Of a stretch of 64,000 nucleotides of DNA, positions 1 through 9,936 are shown piece after piece. Position 1 is the stretch's first letter. Each line of letters opens with the position of its first letter. Both the position numbers and the translations under genes were made by a program. The stretch is from positions 45,055-109,054 of the forward strand of contig CAZOVJ010000002.1 in the NCBI GenBank assembly GCA_964583685.1, given 5' to 3'. A model generated the notes under the pieces. The model worked only from the letters and a program-made list of their open reading frames with translations. It ran no database searches and was not told where the DNA came from. This DNA comes from an uncultured Gammaproteobacteria bacterium (GTDB lineage Bacteria > Patescibacteriota > Microgenomatia > UBA8517).

Positions 1-643
1 TGGCCGAAATCACCTTTTCCAGGCCTAAAATATTTATTTCATGGCTTAAAAATTCAACAACTTTCTCAAGCCGCTTTTTGACAGAAAAAGTCTCGAGTAA
101 TTTTTGTTTTTCTGTAGCTCTTACATCAAGAAGCAGGGCAATCGTATCAACTAGTTCAATCGGGCTAATTTGTCCAGAAATGATTTTCATAACCGTGCTA
201 ATCTCTACCCCTTTACCCAAATTTATTGCCTTTTTAAACAATTCTGAAAGCTGGCGAGAAAGAGCCTCAACCTTATCCCCTGAATATTCCTTTTCAGGAA
301 TTTCTGAAACCCTCCCCAGCAAATAAGGCCGTTGAACAAGCATCTTTTCTAACTTTATCCTTGCTTGTCCCTTAATCACCGCGTGCAGTCCATTCTCTAC
401 TGAAATAACTTGGCTTATGGTGGCAATAACTCCCACCTTATAAAGATCCTCAGGTTTTGGGTTTACTACTCTCGCATCTTTCTGACTAAAGACAGCAATT
501 ATCCGTCCTTCTTGAAAAGCAGAGTTCACGGCGGCAATAGACTTTGGCCGACCAAAAGTAAGTATTGAATCGGTATGGGGAAAAATTACCGAGCCACGGA
601 TAGCAACTACTGGTACTGTTCTCATCTCCGACTTTTTATCCAT
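1..643 (-). CDS. lon: Lon protease, N-terminal substrate-binding domain (partial, continues beyond window start)
   Basis: Own reverse-strand translation from the ATG at 643 gives MDKKSEMRTVPVVAIRGSVIFPHTDSILTFGRPKSIAA..., which is typical of the Lon N-domain. The frame stays open to position 1. It is absent from the ORF track because it runs off the edge. Confidence 0.55.
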   Translation of the reverse strand, partial: MDKKSEMRTVPVVAIRGSVIFPHTDSILTFGRPKSIAAVNSAFQEGRIIAVFSQKDARVVNPKPEDLYKVGVIATISQVISVENGLHAVIKGQARIKLEKMLVQRPYLLGRVSEIPEKEYSGDKVEALSRQLSELFKKAINLGKGVEISTVMKIISGQISPIELVDTIALLLDVRATEKQKLLETFSVKKRLEKVVEFLSHEINILGLEKVISA

Positions 644-686
644 AGATTAATAATGTTTAGCAGTCTAGCATATAGAGTGCTAGTAG

Positions 687-1139
687 TCAACTTTTGAGTG
701 TTCGAAATTTATCTATAAATAAGGCAATTAAAATGCCAATCAGCGCCCCAGAAGCAACATCAATGAGGTAATGGACGTTGGCTAACATCCGACCAATACC
801 AATCAATAAGGCTACTAGGAAAAGCAGTAGACCCATTTTCTTTTGATGCAGGGCGATTGTTGTTGCCAAGGCAAAAGCCAAAGCGGTATGCAAGGAGGGA
901 AAACTGGAAGTGGTAAAATGACCGGCCAAAGGTTGATTCCCGTTTATCAGATATGGCCTGGGGAGAGCAAAGAGCTCTTTGGCAATCAAGGCAACTGTTC
1001 CCGCTAAAATCGAAGCAAAGATAATTCTGAGAACCTCTTTCTTTTTCTTTTCAACAAACCAAAGATAAGTTAAAACAACGACAAACAATAATAAAACACC
1101 ATAGGTATTTAAAAAGATAACAATGGGAGTATCAATCAT
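687..1139 (-). CDS. PAP2-family phosphatase (BcrC/undecaprenyl-diphosphatase-like)
   Basis: PAP2 signature SFPSLH...; multi-TM membrane protein. Confidence 0.65.
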   Translation of the reverse strand: MIDTPIVIFLNTYGVLLLFVVVLTYLWFVEKKKKEVLRIIFASILAGTVALIAKELFALPRPYLINGNQPLAGHFTTSSFPSLHTALAFALATTIALHQKKMGLLLFLVALLIGIGRMLANVHYLIDVASGALIGILIALFIDKFRTLKS

Positions 1140-1794
1140 GAATAACTATCCGAGTACCCGGGTTCTTTGGACTGGAGTAGACGGAATTCCTTCCTTCAGC
1201 TAAAATCGGAGCTGTCCAATAATACAATCTTCCAGCCACAGGCGTTGGCAGATTGACACAACCATGACTGTGAGGCCGGCCAAAATCATTGTGCCAATAA
1301 GTTCCGTGTAAACCATAGCCTTTCCAACTAGGAACCTGATCATTTTCAAAATACATAATATAGGGAACACCGGGAAGATAGTAATAATACTTACCCTGGC
1401 CTCCTTCCATCTTGGCATAACGGAGCTTAATCCAAATCTGGAACTCCCCCCGGGGCGTCGGTGTCCAGGGAAGCCCGGTTGAAATCGCTGTTTGCAAAAA
1501 AAGATTATCCCCTTCCCAAGCTTTCAATTCCTGGTCCGAGAGATCAACCTCAACCCAGCGATTAGAGGGCACAGCCACTCCTAAAACAGGCATTTTCTTT
1601 TCTTCTGCTACCAATTCCGGTACAGGGATTTCTTTGCCTTCAAAAAAAGCTTTTTCCTCCCCTTCAAACAAGCCCGAATAACTCTCTGTTAAACAACCGC
1701 TACAAAAACTTACCCTTCTGTAAGTGGCGACAAAAACTCCGGCCGCCAAAAGTAGAAATATAGGTGTTAAAAGCAAAAAACTTCGTTTGGGCAT
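1132..1794 (-). CDS. L,D-transpeptidase (YkuD-fold), N-terminal signal/TM
   Basis: Catalytic motif GRPHSHGCVNLP; N-terminal hydrophobic segment. Confidence 0.7.
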   Translation of the reverse strand: MPKRSFLLLTPIFLLLAAGVFVATYRRVSFCSGCLTESYSGLFEGEEKAFFEGKEIPVPELVAEEKKMPVLGVAVPSNRWVEVDLSDQELKAWEGDNLFLQTAISTGLPWTPTPRGEFQIWIKLRYAKMEGGQGKYYYYLPGVPYIMYFENDQVPSWKGYGLHGTYWHNDFGRPHSHGCVNLPTPVAGRLYYWTAPILAEGRNSVYSSPKNPGTRIVIHD

Positions 1795-1841
1795 TTGATT
1801 TATCCTATCATAGATTCTAATGCCTGTGCTAGAATTAATTT

Positions 1842-2228
1842 ATGAGTAAAAAGTACAACCTTGGCAACAGTTTCAAATTTGCCTTCTCGGGCATTAAAGA
1901 AGCCTTAATCAAGGAGCCAAATTTTAGAATTCATATTGTGTTGGCTTTATCAATTATGATTTTGGCAATAATATTAGGCTTGTCAACAATAGAGTGGCTC
2001 ATTCTCTTATTTACCATCAGCTTTGTCCTCATTCTGGAACTAATCAACACTGGGCTTGAGGCCCTTGTTGACCTGGTCAGCCCGGAGATATCTGAAAAGG
2101 CCAGAATAGCCAAAAATGTTTCAGCCGCAGCCGTTCTTTTGGCAGCCATTCTTTCAATTATAGTAGGGGTTATTCTTTTTTTACCGAAGATAATCAATAG
2201 CAAAATCTTTCCAATTAGCTTTATTTAA
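1842..2228 (+). CDS. dgkA: Diacylglycerol/undecaprenol kinase family membrane protein
   Basis: DgkA-like 3-TM protein with the ELINTGLEALVD motif. Confidence 0.7.
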   Translation: MSKKYNLGNSFKFAFSGIKEALIKEPNFRIHIVLALSIMILAIILGLSTIEWLILLFTISFVLILELINTGLEALVDLVSPEISEKARIAKNVSAAAVLLAAILSIIVGVILFLPKIINSKIFPISFI

Positions 2229-2861
2229 AACATCAAGCTTAACCGCCTTGGTCAGCCAATATCCATCAATTTTGGTTCTTCTCAGCTCTTTTAAATATGC
2301 ACCGCATCCTATTTTTCTACCAATATCTCGGGCTAGAGCTCGGATATAGGTCCCACTGGAAACCCAACACTCAATAGCCAAAATCGGATAGTTATAGTCA
2401 AGCACTTTAATTGAATGAATCGTTATTTTCCTGGATGGCAAATGAACCTCTTTTCCCTTCCGAGCCAGTTGATAAGCCTTTTTGCCTTTTAATTTTATGG
2501 CTGAAAAAGCGGGCGGAATCTGCCTGATCTCGCCCCTAAAAGAATCTACAATTTTCTTTATTTCTTTTTCAGCCGGAACTAGAAATCCCCTAACCCTTGA
2601 GGTAACCTTTCCCTCGCTATCATCAGTTTCTCGCTCTTCACCCAAGAAAATCTCTGCTCTATATGTTTTCCGACCTTTCCTGGTAATTTTTCCCAGTTGC
2701 TTTGTTGAATCCCGACCAATACCCAGAATGAGTAAACCTGTTGCATTGGGGTCAAGGGTGCCAGCATGACCAACACGTCGCTCACCAGTAATCCCCCGCA
2801 CCCTATCCACTACATCATGCGAAGTCATTCCCTTGGGTTTATCTATCAGAAGAAACATCAC
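2181..2861 (-). CDS. truB: tRNA pseudouridine(55) synthase TruB
   Basis: Conserved [19 protein letters not shown] catalytic region. Confidence 0.9.
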   Translation of the reverse strand: MMFLLIDKPKGMTSHDVVDRVRGITGERRVGHAGTLDPNATGLLILGIGRDSTKQLGKITRKGRKTYRAEIFLGEERETDDSEGKVTSRVRGFLVPAEKEIKKIVDSFRGEIRQIPPAFSAIKLKGKKAYQLARKGKEVHLPSRKITIHSIKVLDYNYPILAIECWVSSGTYIRALARDIGRKIGCGAYLKELRRTKIDGYWLTKAVKLDVLNKANWKDFAIDYLR

Positions 2862-3274
2862 TCTCCAATAACCTTGACCAGAACCCGCTTTTGTCTTTGA
2901 CCGTCAAATTCTCCATAAAAAATCTGTTCCCAAGGGCCAAAATCTAGCTTTCCGTTTGTAACCGCGACCACAACTTCTCTTCCCATAATTTGCCTTTTAA
3001 TATGAGCATGAGCATTATCCTCACCAGTTAAGTTGTGTTTATAGCCTTTTGGATCATAAGGGATGTACTTTCCTAACCACTCTTTAAAATCTTCTTTGAG
3101 TCCACTCTCTTCATCATTAATAAAAACGCTTGCCGTAATATGCATTGCATTCACAAGACAAAGGCCTTCTTTTATTCCAGATTCTGCCACGACACGTTCA
3201 ACCTCACTGGTAATATTGACAAACTCAATTTTATCTTTTGTATTAAAGGTCAGATATTCAGTTTTCGATTTCAT
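2858..3274 (-). CDS. YjbQ/UPF0047 family protein (secondary thiamine-phosphate synthase enzyme)
   Basis: Family motifs HITASV...HAHIKR. Confidence 0.75.
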   Translation of the reverse strand: MKSKTEYLTFNTKDKIEFVNITSEVERVVAESGIKEGLCLVNAMHITASVFINDEESGLKEDFKEWLGKYIPYDPKGYKHNLTGEDNAHAHIKRQIMGREVVVAVTNGKLDFGPWEQIFYGEFDGQRQKRVLVKVIGE

Positions 3275-3372
3275 AAACTATTTTAAAACCATAGGTGCAG
3301 TATTTCAATTTAGCCTGAAAAATGGTAAAATTCAAGCGCTATTGCGGGGCGGTGTAATGGTAGCACACTGCT
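3273..3372 (+). repeat. Partial duplicate of the tRNA-Gln promoter region and tRNA 5' half (tRNA positions 1-30); direct repeat of 6751-6850
   Basis: About 90 % identity to 6751-6850, including ttcaatttagcctgaaaaatggtaaaat and attgcggggYggtgtaatggtagcacactgct. Identity is lost exactly after the 5' anticodon-stem strand. Confidence 0.8.
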
Positions 3373-3479
3373 TAACCCGCCTCCGTTTCTGCCAGTTATC
3401 TAGTGACGGATCAAGATCTCCCTGGAACCTTCAACAAAAGTAACAATAACTACTAACTGGGGGCTTTATCTTTAGGACG

Positions 3480-4310
3480 TCATGTCAATTTTAATTTTAT
3501 GGCTGAAGCAAATCTCCCTTCAAGCTTTTGGTGCTCGCTCCCTTTTGCACCCGCTCCATAATGGGAAAAGAAATGGCTACCATCACGTATGGTACATAGG
3601 CCAGAAGTCTCAATATTTTCCGGAGCTACTCCAGCCCCAATCAAATCCATCTTAATACAAAGAGGTAAGTCGAAAAAAAGTTTACTCCCTTGTTTATTAA
3701 ATAAAGATTCCGGCAAGAATTTTCTCGCATCAAACTTAACCAACACATTATTCCACATATTAGATCTGGTTATATCAAAACTCTGTTTGCCTATGCAAGG
3801 ACCTATGGTTACCCTTACATTAGCACTGTTTACACCAAAGACTCGTTGCATTACTTCAACAGTATGCCTAGCGACTCCGGCAACTGCTCCCAAAAGACCT
3901 GCATGGACTATCGCAATAACTTTTTGAACTGAATCATAAAATAATACCGGCGCACAATCTGCCACACATAAAAATAAAGTAACATTTTTGTTATCGGTGA
4001 TAATGCCATCGTAACCTTTTCCTATAATTTCCAGCGGAAACTTCGAGTGTGAATCAGTATGTCTCTTCTTAGTATTATCATCCATTAAAGTTAGTAAGTT
4101 GGTTCCTTGGGTAATCTCCGGTTCTAAAAGAATTGAACTTACATCAAGATTAATCTTTTCCATAAAATTATTTCGATTATTCAGAGAAACTTGCCTGCTG
4201 CCTCTACTCAATGCCATGTTCCCTAGAGATTTATCTGAAAACCCATGTATTATACCCAATTCTTGAGACATTAAAGGTGAATACCAAACTTTACTTCGAA
4301 ACTCGTACAT
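3480..4310 (-). CDS. pgeF: Peptidoglycan editing factor PgeF / YfiH (DUF152 laccase-domain) family
   Basis: Motifs VADCAPVLFYD...HAGLLG. Confidence 0.7.
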   Translation of the reverse strand: MYEFRSKVWYSPLMSQELGIIHGFSDKSLGNMALSRGSRQVSLNNRNNFMEKINLDVSSILLEPEITQGTNLLTLMDDNTKKRHTDSHSKFPLEIIGKGYDGIITDNKNVTLFLCVADCAPVLFYDSVQKVIAIVHAGLLGAVAGVARHTVEVMQRVFGVNSANVRVTIGPCIGKQSFDITRSNMWNNVLVKFDARKFLPESLFNKQGSKLFFDLPLCIKMDLIGAGVAPENIETSGLCTIRDGSHFFSHYGAGAKGSEHQKLEGRFASAIKLKLT

Positions 4311-4370
4311 ATGATTTTTTAACTTTATTAAACCCGTCGGTTAGATCAAGACCTCCTTCTGAATACGCTT

Positions 4371-4928
4371 TTATTTTCTGCTCTTAAGCTTTTTTTCAAG
4401 ATCAAATTCTCGGATAACATTGGCTGCGGCCTTTGGTACAAGATGATCCCATTTTTGGCCACAGGCAATGAGATTTCTTATTTTGTCACCAATGGTAAAT
4501 CGATCCGACATATCTTTCTCCCACAAAATTTCGACTTTTAAGCCAAGCGATTTTAAAATTTCCACTTTTACTCGATTCCATCTTTCATAAATGGTAGTAA
4601 AAAAAATTGCGTCTGAGGGCACGTAATTAAGGATCAGTTGTGGGAAATTTATAGGAAAGGAAACGATATCAAAATCTTCCCTGCGAACACCCGCCTCTAA
4701 TAAAGCACCTTTTATCATTAAAAATCTCTCGTAATAAGTAAATGGGTTAGATTTAGTAGAAGAGCGTGCTAAATTACTCTGATGGTCCGCTGTAAGCGTC
4801 GGATCTGGGTTTGTAATGCCGACTATTAGATAGTCACAACGAGCTTTAGCGGCTAAAATATATTCCATATGCCCCAAGTGAATCGGCTGGAAACGACCAT
4901 GAACTACGCCAACTTTTTTTGTTTTCAT
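4371..4928 (-). CDS. Nicotinamide-nucleotide adenylyltransferase-like cytidylyltransferase (NadM-type)
   Basis: GRFQPIHLGHMEY contains the (H/T)xGH nucleotidyltransferase motif. Confidence 0.65.
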   Translation of the reverse strand: MKTKKVGVVHGRFQPIHLGHMEYILAAKARCDYLIVGITNPDPTLTADHQSNLARSSTKSNPFTYYERFLMIKGALLEAGVRREDFDIVSFPINFPQLILNYVPSDAIFFTTIYERWNRVKVEILKSLGLKVEILWEKDMSDRFTIGDKIRNLIACGQKWDHLVPKAAANVIREFDLEKKLKSRK

Positions 4929-4951
4929 TATAAATTTTATTGAGAAATAAA

Positions 4952-6199
4952 TTATTGATGCGCAATAAGGACAGAAGGAATGTTTCTGCCATTAATCCCA
5001 TTCCACTTAGGCTTAGCACCTGTGAAGTCAATATAGTGTAAATTGCCAAAAACACTGAAACCATTATTTTTATCTTTAACACAAAGTTTGCTGCTTTGCC
5101 CTGCATCACAAACCGCAGCCTGAACAAAATCAAATTTTTGAGTAAGTAGGTCATGAAGCTCATAGATGTTTAAACCTGATTGGTTTTCAATAAAAGGAAA
5201 AGAATCTGCCAGGAAAAAGATAACCTTACTTTTCGTGAAAAATATAATACTCCACGCTTTAAAAAAACCTTTCTCTAGAGGCTTGATCTTGCCGTCATAA
5301 CTAGGAATAACTTCTCTAGTTATTATCTTTCTAAGGGATTTAGCTTTTTTAGGCAAAGTAAAGCTTAATGTAACAGCATTATCGTGTCTTCTTACTGTGT
5401 AATTATCAATTACCACCTTATGGATCAAATCTCCAACCGTTATATCATTTTGCAATCTTTTATCTGTTTCGATTACATAGAGATAGTCAAATAAGCTCAA
5501 AGGCTTGGTGCTTTTCTTCGCAACAGAAACTTGTCCTTTTTTATTAAGATCAACACCTAAGAGTATTCTATCCTTAAAGCAATTCAACATCGTTGTCTTT
5601 CTAATCGCAATTCTTGCCTTGCGAATACTATTTTCGTATTTAAATCGAATATCCGAAACCCCATAAATAATGGCATCACAACCATTGTTTGGCCCTAAAT
5701 TCTTATAATTTTTGGCGCCAATCCATTTCAGTTCTATATTCCCTATAGCCATTTCGCCTTCTGCTTTCAAAAACCTAATTGAAAGTTTGCCCTGGCGTTC
5801 AATTAAACTAACTCTGCTATTGCTGGGGAACTGCAACACTTTTCCTTGGCTAACATACAAGTTAAGGGCTTGAACTTTTGGAACCCTACCCTTATCCGTC
5901 AGATATAAATTACAGGTATTTATACTGCCTAATAAATTGGGAGAAATCTCCTTATAAAATTTTTCAGTGAATTTCAATAATGAATTTGGCATAAAATCAT
6001 TTATAAGAGAAAATTTATATGTACTTTTTGGTATTTCGAGCCAATATAAATTAACAAATCTGTCACTAGTGGGCCAGTAAGTCTCCTGATTTAAAAAAGC
6101 ACATTTACCCATCCTTGTTCTTTTTCTATTAATTGGGCTAATTCCTTTTTGTTCGAGTAGTTTGTCTTCGTTATTAGCAAGCATCGGTTGTACATTCAA
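4952..6199 (-). CDS. Hypothetical protein (415 aa)
   Basis: Long ORF with no recognisable motif. Confidence 0.45.
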   Translation of the reverse strand: MNVQPMLANNEDKLLEQKGISPINRKRTRMGKCAFLNQETYWPTSDRFVNLYWLEIPKSTYKFSLINDFMPNSLLKFTEKFYKEISPNLLGSINTCNLYLTDKGRVPKVQALNLYVSQGKVLQFPSNSRVSLIERQGKLSIRFLKAEGEMAIGNIELKWIGAKNYKNLGPNNGCDAIIYGVSDIRFKYENSIRKARIAIRKTTMLNCFKDRILLGVDLNKKGQVSVAKKSTKPLSLFDYLYVIETDKRLQNDITVGDLIHKVVIDNYTVRRHDNAVTLSFTLPKKAKSLRKIITREVIPSYDGKIKPLEKGFFKAWSIIFFTKSKVIFFLADSFPFIENQSGLNIYELHDLLTQKFDFVQAAVCDAGQSSKLCVKDKNNGFSVFGNLHYIDFTGAKPKWNGINGRNIPSVLIAHQ

Positions 6200-6257
6200 A
6201 AATGAATTAATAAAGACTCTACCAACGCGGTCGTATACACCAAAATCCGTAATAGTT

Positions 6258-6581
6258 TTATTTTAACATATTACCTTTTCTGATAATTACATGCTTGAAC
6301 CATTTTTCTTGAAATCTGGTTTGTTTTTCAATTTCTTCATCTGATAATTTGATTCCTTTTGAAACAACAATTAGTTTGTCGCTATTGTCATTGATTCTGT
6401 GAATCACAGCAATACAAATCCCTTTGGCTTTTTTAAGAGGTTTACCGACTCCCAAATAATAAGCATCTAATTCTTCGCCATCTGGAGAATATGTATTGGG
6501 AATAAGCCCATAATTTGCTTCATAGAGAAAACAATGTTTGGGATGTTTACTCCCCAAAGGTCGGTCAATAATAACCTCCAA
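6258..6581 (-). CDS. Short inorganic-pyrophosphatase-like protein (possibly truncated)
   Basis: IPNTYSPDGEELDAYYLG resembles the family I PPase DGDPLDVLV region, but the protein is only 107 aa. Confidence 0.4.
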   Translation of the reverse strand: MEVIIDRPLGSKHPKHCFLYEANYGLIPNTYSPDGEELDAYYLGVGKPLKKAKGICIAVIHRINDNSDKLIVVSKGIKLSDEEIEKQTRFQEKWFKHVIIRKGNMLK

Positions 6582-6586
6582 AAATA

Positions 6587-6778
6587 TTACTCTGGTCGTA
6601 TGTTGTTGGTTGACCTATCCAGCTCGTTATCTGGAATTTCCAAATTTGATATAAGTTTTCTTGCTTCTTTGCGAGTTTTGTAAGACCCACCCAGATTCCT
6701 CCTTGTTTTCTCACTTAAAACATAATAACCATTTTTTCTTTTAATTATCATTAAAAAACCATAGATACAGTATTTCAA
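6587..6778 (-). CDS. Small hypothetical protein (63 aa)
   Basis: ORF only. Confidence 0.25.
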   Translation of the reverse strand: MKYCIYGFLMIIKRKNGYYVLSEKTRRNLGGSYKTRKEARKLISNLEIPDNELDRSTNNIRPE

Positions 6779-6812
6779 TTTAGCCTGAAAAATGGTAAAA
6801 TTTAAGTGTTAT

Positions 6813-6883
6813 TGCGGGGTGGTGTAATGGTAGCACACTGCTCTCTGGAAGCAGGAATCGGGGTTCGAATCCCTGCCCCGCAG
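6813..6883 (+). tRNA. tRNA-Gln (anticodon CUG); CCA not encoded
   Basis: Hand-folded cloverleaf: acceptor TGCGGGG/CCCCGCA with a U1-A72 pair, U8, D-stem GTGT/GCAC, anticodon stem CTGCT/AGCAG around loop CTCTGGA, T-loop TTCGAAT. A promoter-like TGGTAAAAT element lies upstream. Confidence 0.8.
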
Positions 6884-6989
6884 CACAGATTCAAGCGGCA
6901 CTATGTGGTCTCAAAAAAAGTCCTTATTTTTATTCTTGAAAAAAATTGATAATAAGCTATAATTCCAGGAAACGAATCAAAAGGCAGAA

Positions 6990-7466
6990 ATGAGAATAAA
7001 AGAATTATTTACTGGGCCTATAAAAACAGAGCACCCGCAAGGTGGCGAATTAAGGATGAATGCGGAGACGCTGGATCAAATGAAGGAGCAAATTGTATCA
7101 TTGTTTGAAGAAAAATTTGGCAGATATCGTCTGGCTCTGATTTTAAGGTATTGGGGTAAGAAACCAATTCGACATGCTGTCGAGGAAGATAGGCCTAGAA
7201 CTTTGCCTTTTGATATTATCGCTGATGTTAGACATAACATTGATACCTCAAAACAAGCACTTGCCCAAGCCCCCTTAACAAAAGGTGAGAAAAGGACAAC
7301 TTTTATTGCTCTTTTTAGCCGATTAGACGAACTGCTCCATGATCACCTGATCGAACAGGGTGAATCAGATGATATCTTCTATGATCTAAGTGAAGTTCAC
7401 GCAGTAATCGAGGATTGTTTGCAAGATTACCAACAAAGACTACATCTCCTTCCAGAGGTTGAGTAA
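6990..7466 (+). CDS. Hypothetical protein (158 aa), higher GC than neighbours
   Basis: ORF; compositionally closer to the 7.9-11.6 kb block. Confidence 0.45.
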   Translation: MRIKELFTGPIKTEHPQGGELRMNAETLDQMKEQIVSLFEEKFGRYRLALILRYWGKKPIRHAVEEDRPRTLPFDIIADVRHNIDTSKQALAQAPLTKGEKRTTFIALFSRLDELLHDHLIEQGESDDIFYDLSEVHAVIEDCLQDYQQRLHLLPEVE

Positions 7467-7512
7467 AATCAGGAAACAACTTCTCTAGCTTGAGATAAAA
7501 CATTAGTCATAA

Positions 7513-7650
7513 GGTTATGGGTTCGGAAGGTTCTAGCCCGGTATGCTCAGCCGAATTGGATACCTTTTTCATACTGTCTCACTTGTACTTTTATGGTAAA
7601 TTAGGAGTTATGGAGTTGTAAGGATAAAACAGGTCTAGGCCAGCTTACTC
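7513..7650 (+). repeat. Island repeat family, first copy: R-module (7513-7552), L-module (7565-7590), degenerate R-module (7626-7650)
   Basis: ggttatgggttcggaaggttctagcccggtatgctcagcc, then tttttcatactgtctcacttg, then caggtctaggccagcttactc. Confidence 0.7.
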
Positions 7651-7881
7651 TTTAATTACTTCGCAGTTATAGTGAATGAAGCTTAGTCTCATCAAACTCA
7701 TTATTTGAATGTTAATTCCAGAATTGGAAGCCTCGGGAGGGAAAATTTAAAGTAATATAAGCTTTTGTGCTTACATTGTCCTTCATTTTCTAAATCCCTC
7801 CCGAGGAGACCCGTGTAAAAGATTATTGATTCGAGTTGCTTATAACTCTTATCAACTTTTAACCTCCTACCCGAGTCTCCC

Positions 7882-9864
7882 CTACTGTTTCTCTTCAACA
7901 ACCTTACCGTCCTTTATTACAATCACCCTGTTAGCCATCTTTGCAAACTGCTCGTCGTGAGTGATAACCACCAAGGCTTTACCTTGCTGTCTGAGATCTT
8001 GAATCAACTTAGCCACCTTCAACATAGCAGCTGAGTCAAGACCAATTGTGGGTTCATCCAACACCAAAGTTGTAACAGCTGTGTTGCAGGACGCTATGGC
8101 CAACATTCTTACATCTGAAGGGTGCAGGTCCAGCGGACAAGTCAAAGGATTCAAACCTGTCCATTCAAGACCCCCCCTAACAAAGGCATCTGTATCCGAT
8201 TCAGACCACCCCAAGATCTTTGGACCAAAGCTAAGTTCTTCTTCAACAATCATGGCAGTTATCTGCAAAGCCGCATGTTGGAAAACGTAGCCCACCTGAC
8301 CCACCGTTTCTACCGTACCTTTAGCTGGTTTTATGGCACCAGCCAGGGTAAGCATGGCAGTTGTTTTGCCTGAGCCGTTGGGTCCCATAATGGCAACAAC
8401 CTCTCCCTCTTTCAAGGTAAGATCAATGCCTTTAAGGATTTCGTTTCCCTCGAGGGCTACATATACACCGTTCATTCGGGCAACAACATCGCCCAAGTCA
8501 CTTTTGGGATACTTCTCCGGCTGGTCTACAAGGTTGCAACGAGATAGCCACTCGTCGCTATTGAAGAAATTGTTTGGACTAAGGTCTGCCGTAAGTTTCC
8601 CCTCCTCTAGAACATAGACTCTATCAGTAAATCTAGCCAACTCTTGCCAAAATGGGTCGGCTATCACTACAGTGCAAGCTTGTTTGGACCGCAAGATACT
8701 GAGCGCTTCCATAAAGTCAACTCTACCCTGAGGATCAAGCTCCTGCATGGGCGAGTCCAGTAAAAGTGTCTTTGCCCCAGAGACCAAAGCTCCAGCCAAC
8801 ACCAGTCGTACTTGTTCACCGCCGGATAGCTTCGTTGTCTCACGATCCCACAACTCACCAATCCCCATAGTATCTAGAGCTTCTTTGGCTTCTTTCTCAT
8901 CTTTAGCTAAAAAAGAAATCTCTTGTCCCACTGTAAGACCGTATATTGAAGCAAAAGGATCTGGTGCAACATAGCGGGCAAAGCTGCATAAGGCAGACAA
9001 CGGTATCTCGTGGGCAAGCTTACCCGAAACCAATACCCCGCCTTTAAGCCCTCCCATAATCCAGGGAACGACCCCACCCATCACTCTTAAAAGAGTCGTC
9101 TTTCCCGCCGCATTCTTACCAGCGAGATAGACAAATTCGCCTGACCTAATGGTTAGACTTATGTCTTCAAGAACATCCGGAAGTCCAGGAGAATAACGAG
9201 CAAAGACATTCTTAAGTTTAATGTCTCCTTCCATCTGGCTTTCTTCTGTGTGGTGAGATTGAAAAGCAAGTGTTGCTTGCTGGGAATTTACTATAATCCG
9301 AGGGATGATGGCTACTGCCAAGGGCACAAGATTTTTAATATTGGCCCTAATTGAATCCCATCGTAAACCTCGGATAATTAGTGATTGAGTAAGGGCAACA
9401 AATTCCCGTCTGAGTATTTGTATGCCCCGCAAAATCCCTAAAGCCCATGTTCTTATGGGTTTAATCCAAGCAATCCCCCGATACATCTCTGGCGCCGGTG
9501 TTGAAAACAACCAGGCGAACGAGATCAACATCACCCCAGCAAGTCTTGAGCCGGTAACCAAACCGCGTTCTATTCCCACTGAATTGATTGTAAAGACAAA
9601 CCAGTGAATCCCACCGTACTCAGGGGGTGAAAGTATGGCGTTGTAAAGAAACACCATCCCGCCTGAGACTGGCGCAGCCAGAGCCAATTTCCAGTTCCTG
9701 TTGCTATTAGCAAGAAACAAAAGCAACCCTACTACTAGAAGGGAAATGGCTCCTGTTACGTTATTTATAAAGATAAACAACAGGCTCACTGTGAACACTA
9801 TGGCGAATCTCAATTCTGGTGGGAGAACACCTAAACCGAAACCTCTCTTTCTATTTGAGAACAT
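7882..9864 (-). CDS. ECF transporter, fused T component (EcfT/CbiQ-like) plus duplicated ATPase domains (EcfA-EcfA')
   Basis: N-terminal multi-TM region followed by two Walker A motifs (GKNAAGKTT and GPNGSGKTT) with LSGG signatures. GC is about 50 % or higher. Confidence 0.75.
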   Translation of the reverse strand: MFSNRKRGFGLGVLPPELRFAIVFTVSLLFIFINNVTGAISLLVVGLLLFLANSNRNWKLALAAPVSGGMVFLYNAILSPPEYGGIHWFVFTINSVGIERGLVTGSRLAGVMLISFAWLFSTPAPEMYRGIAWIKPIRTWALGILRGIQILRREFVALTQSLIIRGLRWDSIRANIKNLVPLAVAIIPRIIVNSQQATLAFQSHHTEESQMEGDIKLKNVFARYSPGLPDVLEDISLTIRSGEFVYLAGKNAAGKTTLLRVMGGVVPWIMGGLKGGVLVSGKLAHEIPLSALCSFARYVAPDPFASIYGLTVGQEISFLAKDEKEAKEALDTMGIGELWDRETTKLSGGEQVRLVLAGALVSGAKTLLLDSPMQELDPQGRVDFMEALSILRSKQACTVVIADPFWQELARFTDRVYVLEEGKLTADLSPNNFFNSDEWLSRCNLVDQPEKYPKSDLGDVVARMNGVYVALEGNEILKGIDLTLKEGEVVAIMGPNGSGKTTAMLTLAGAIKPAKGTVETVGQVGYVFQHAALQITAMIVEEELSFGPKILGWSESDTDAFVRGGLEWTGLNPLTCPLDLHPSDVRMLAIASCNTAVTTLVLDEPTIGLDSAAMLKVAKLIQDLRQQGKALVVITHDEQFAKMANRVIVIKDGKVVEEKQ

Positions 9865-9936
9865 TTTCCTCTCCCTTCCCTAAGGGAAATAGAGGAGACG
9901 GGTAGTGGTACTATCCGTCTCCCAGATCCGCATATC

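Noticed and set aside
78-326. 82-aa + strand ORF at the window start
   Set aside because: It lies antisense to a well-supported Lon N-domain reading frame on the minus strand and has no motif; likely spurious.
2181-2228. 48-bp overlap between the dgkA 3' end and the truB 3' end (convergent)
   Set aside because: Probably a real convergent overlap or a slightly mis-set stop context; it is not evidence of a pseudogene.
7701-7901. 66-aa minus-strand ORF between the repeats and the ECF gene
   Set aside because: It is composed largely of the long inverted repeat and the operon's 3' UTR; there is no coding signal.
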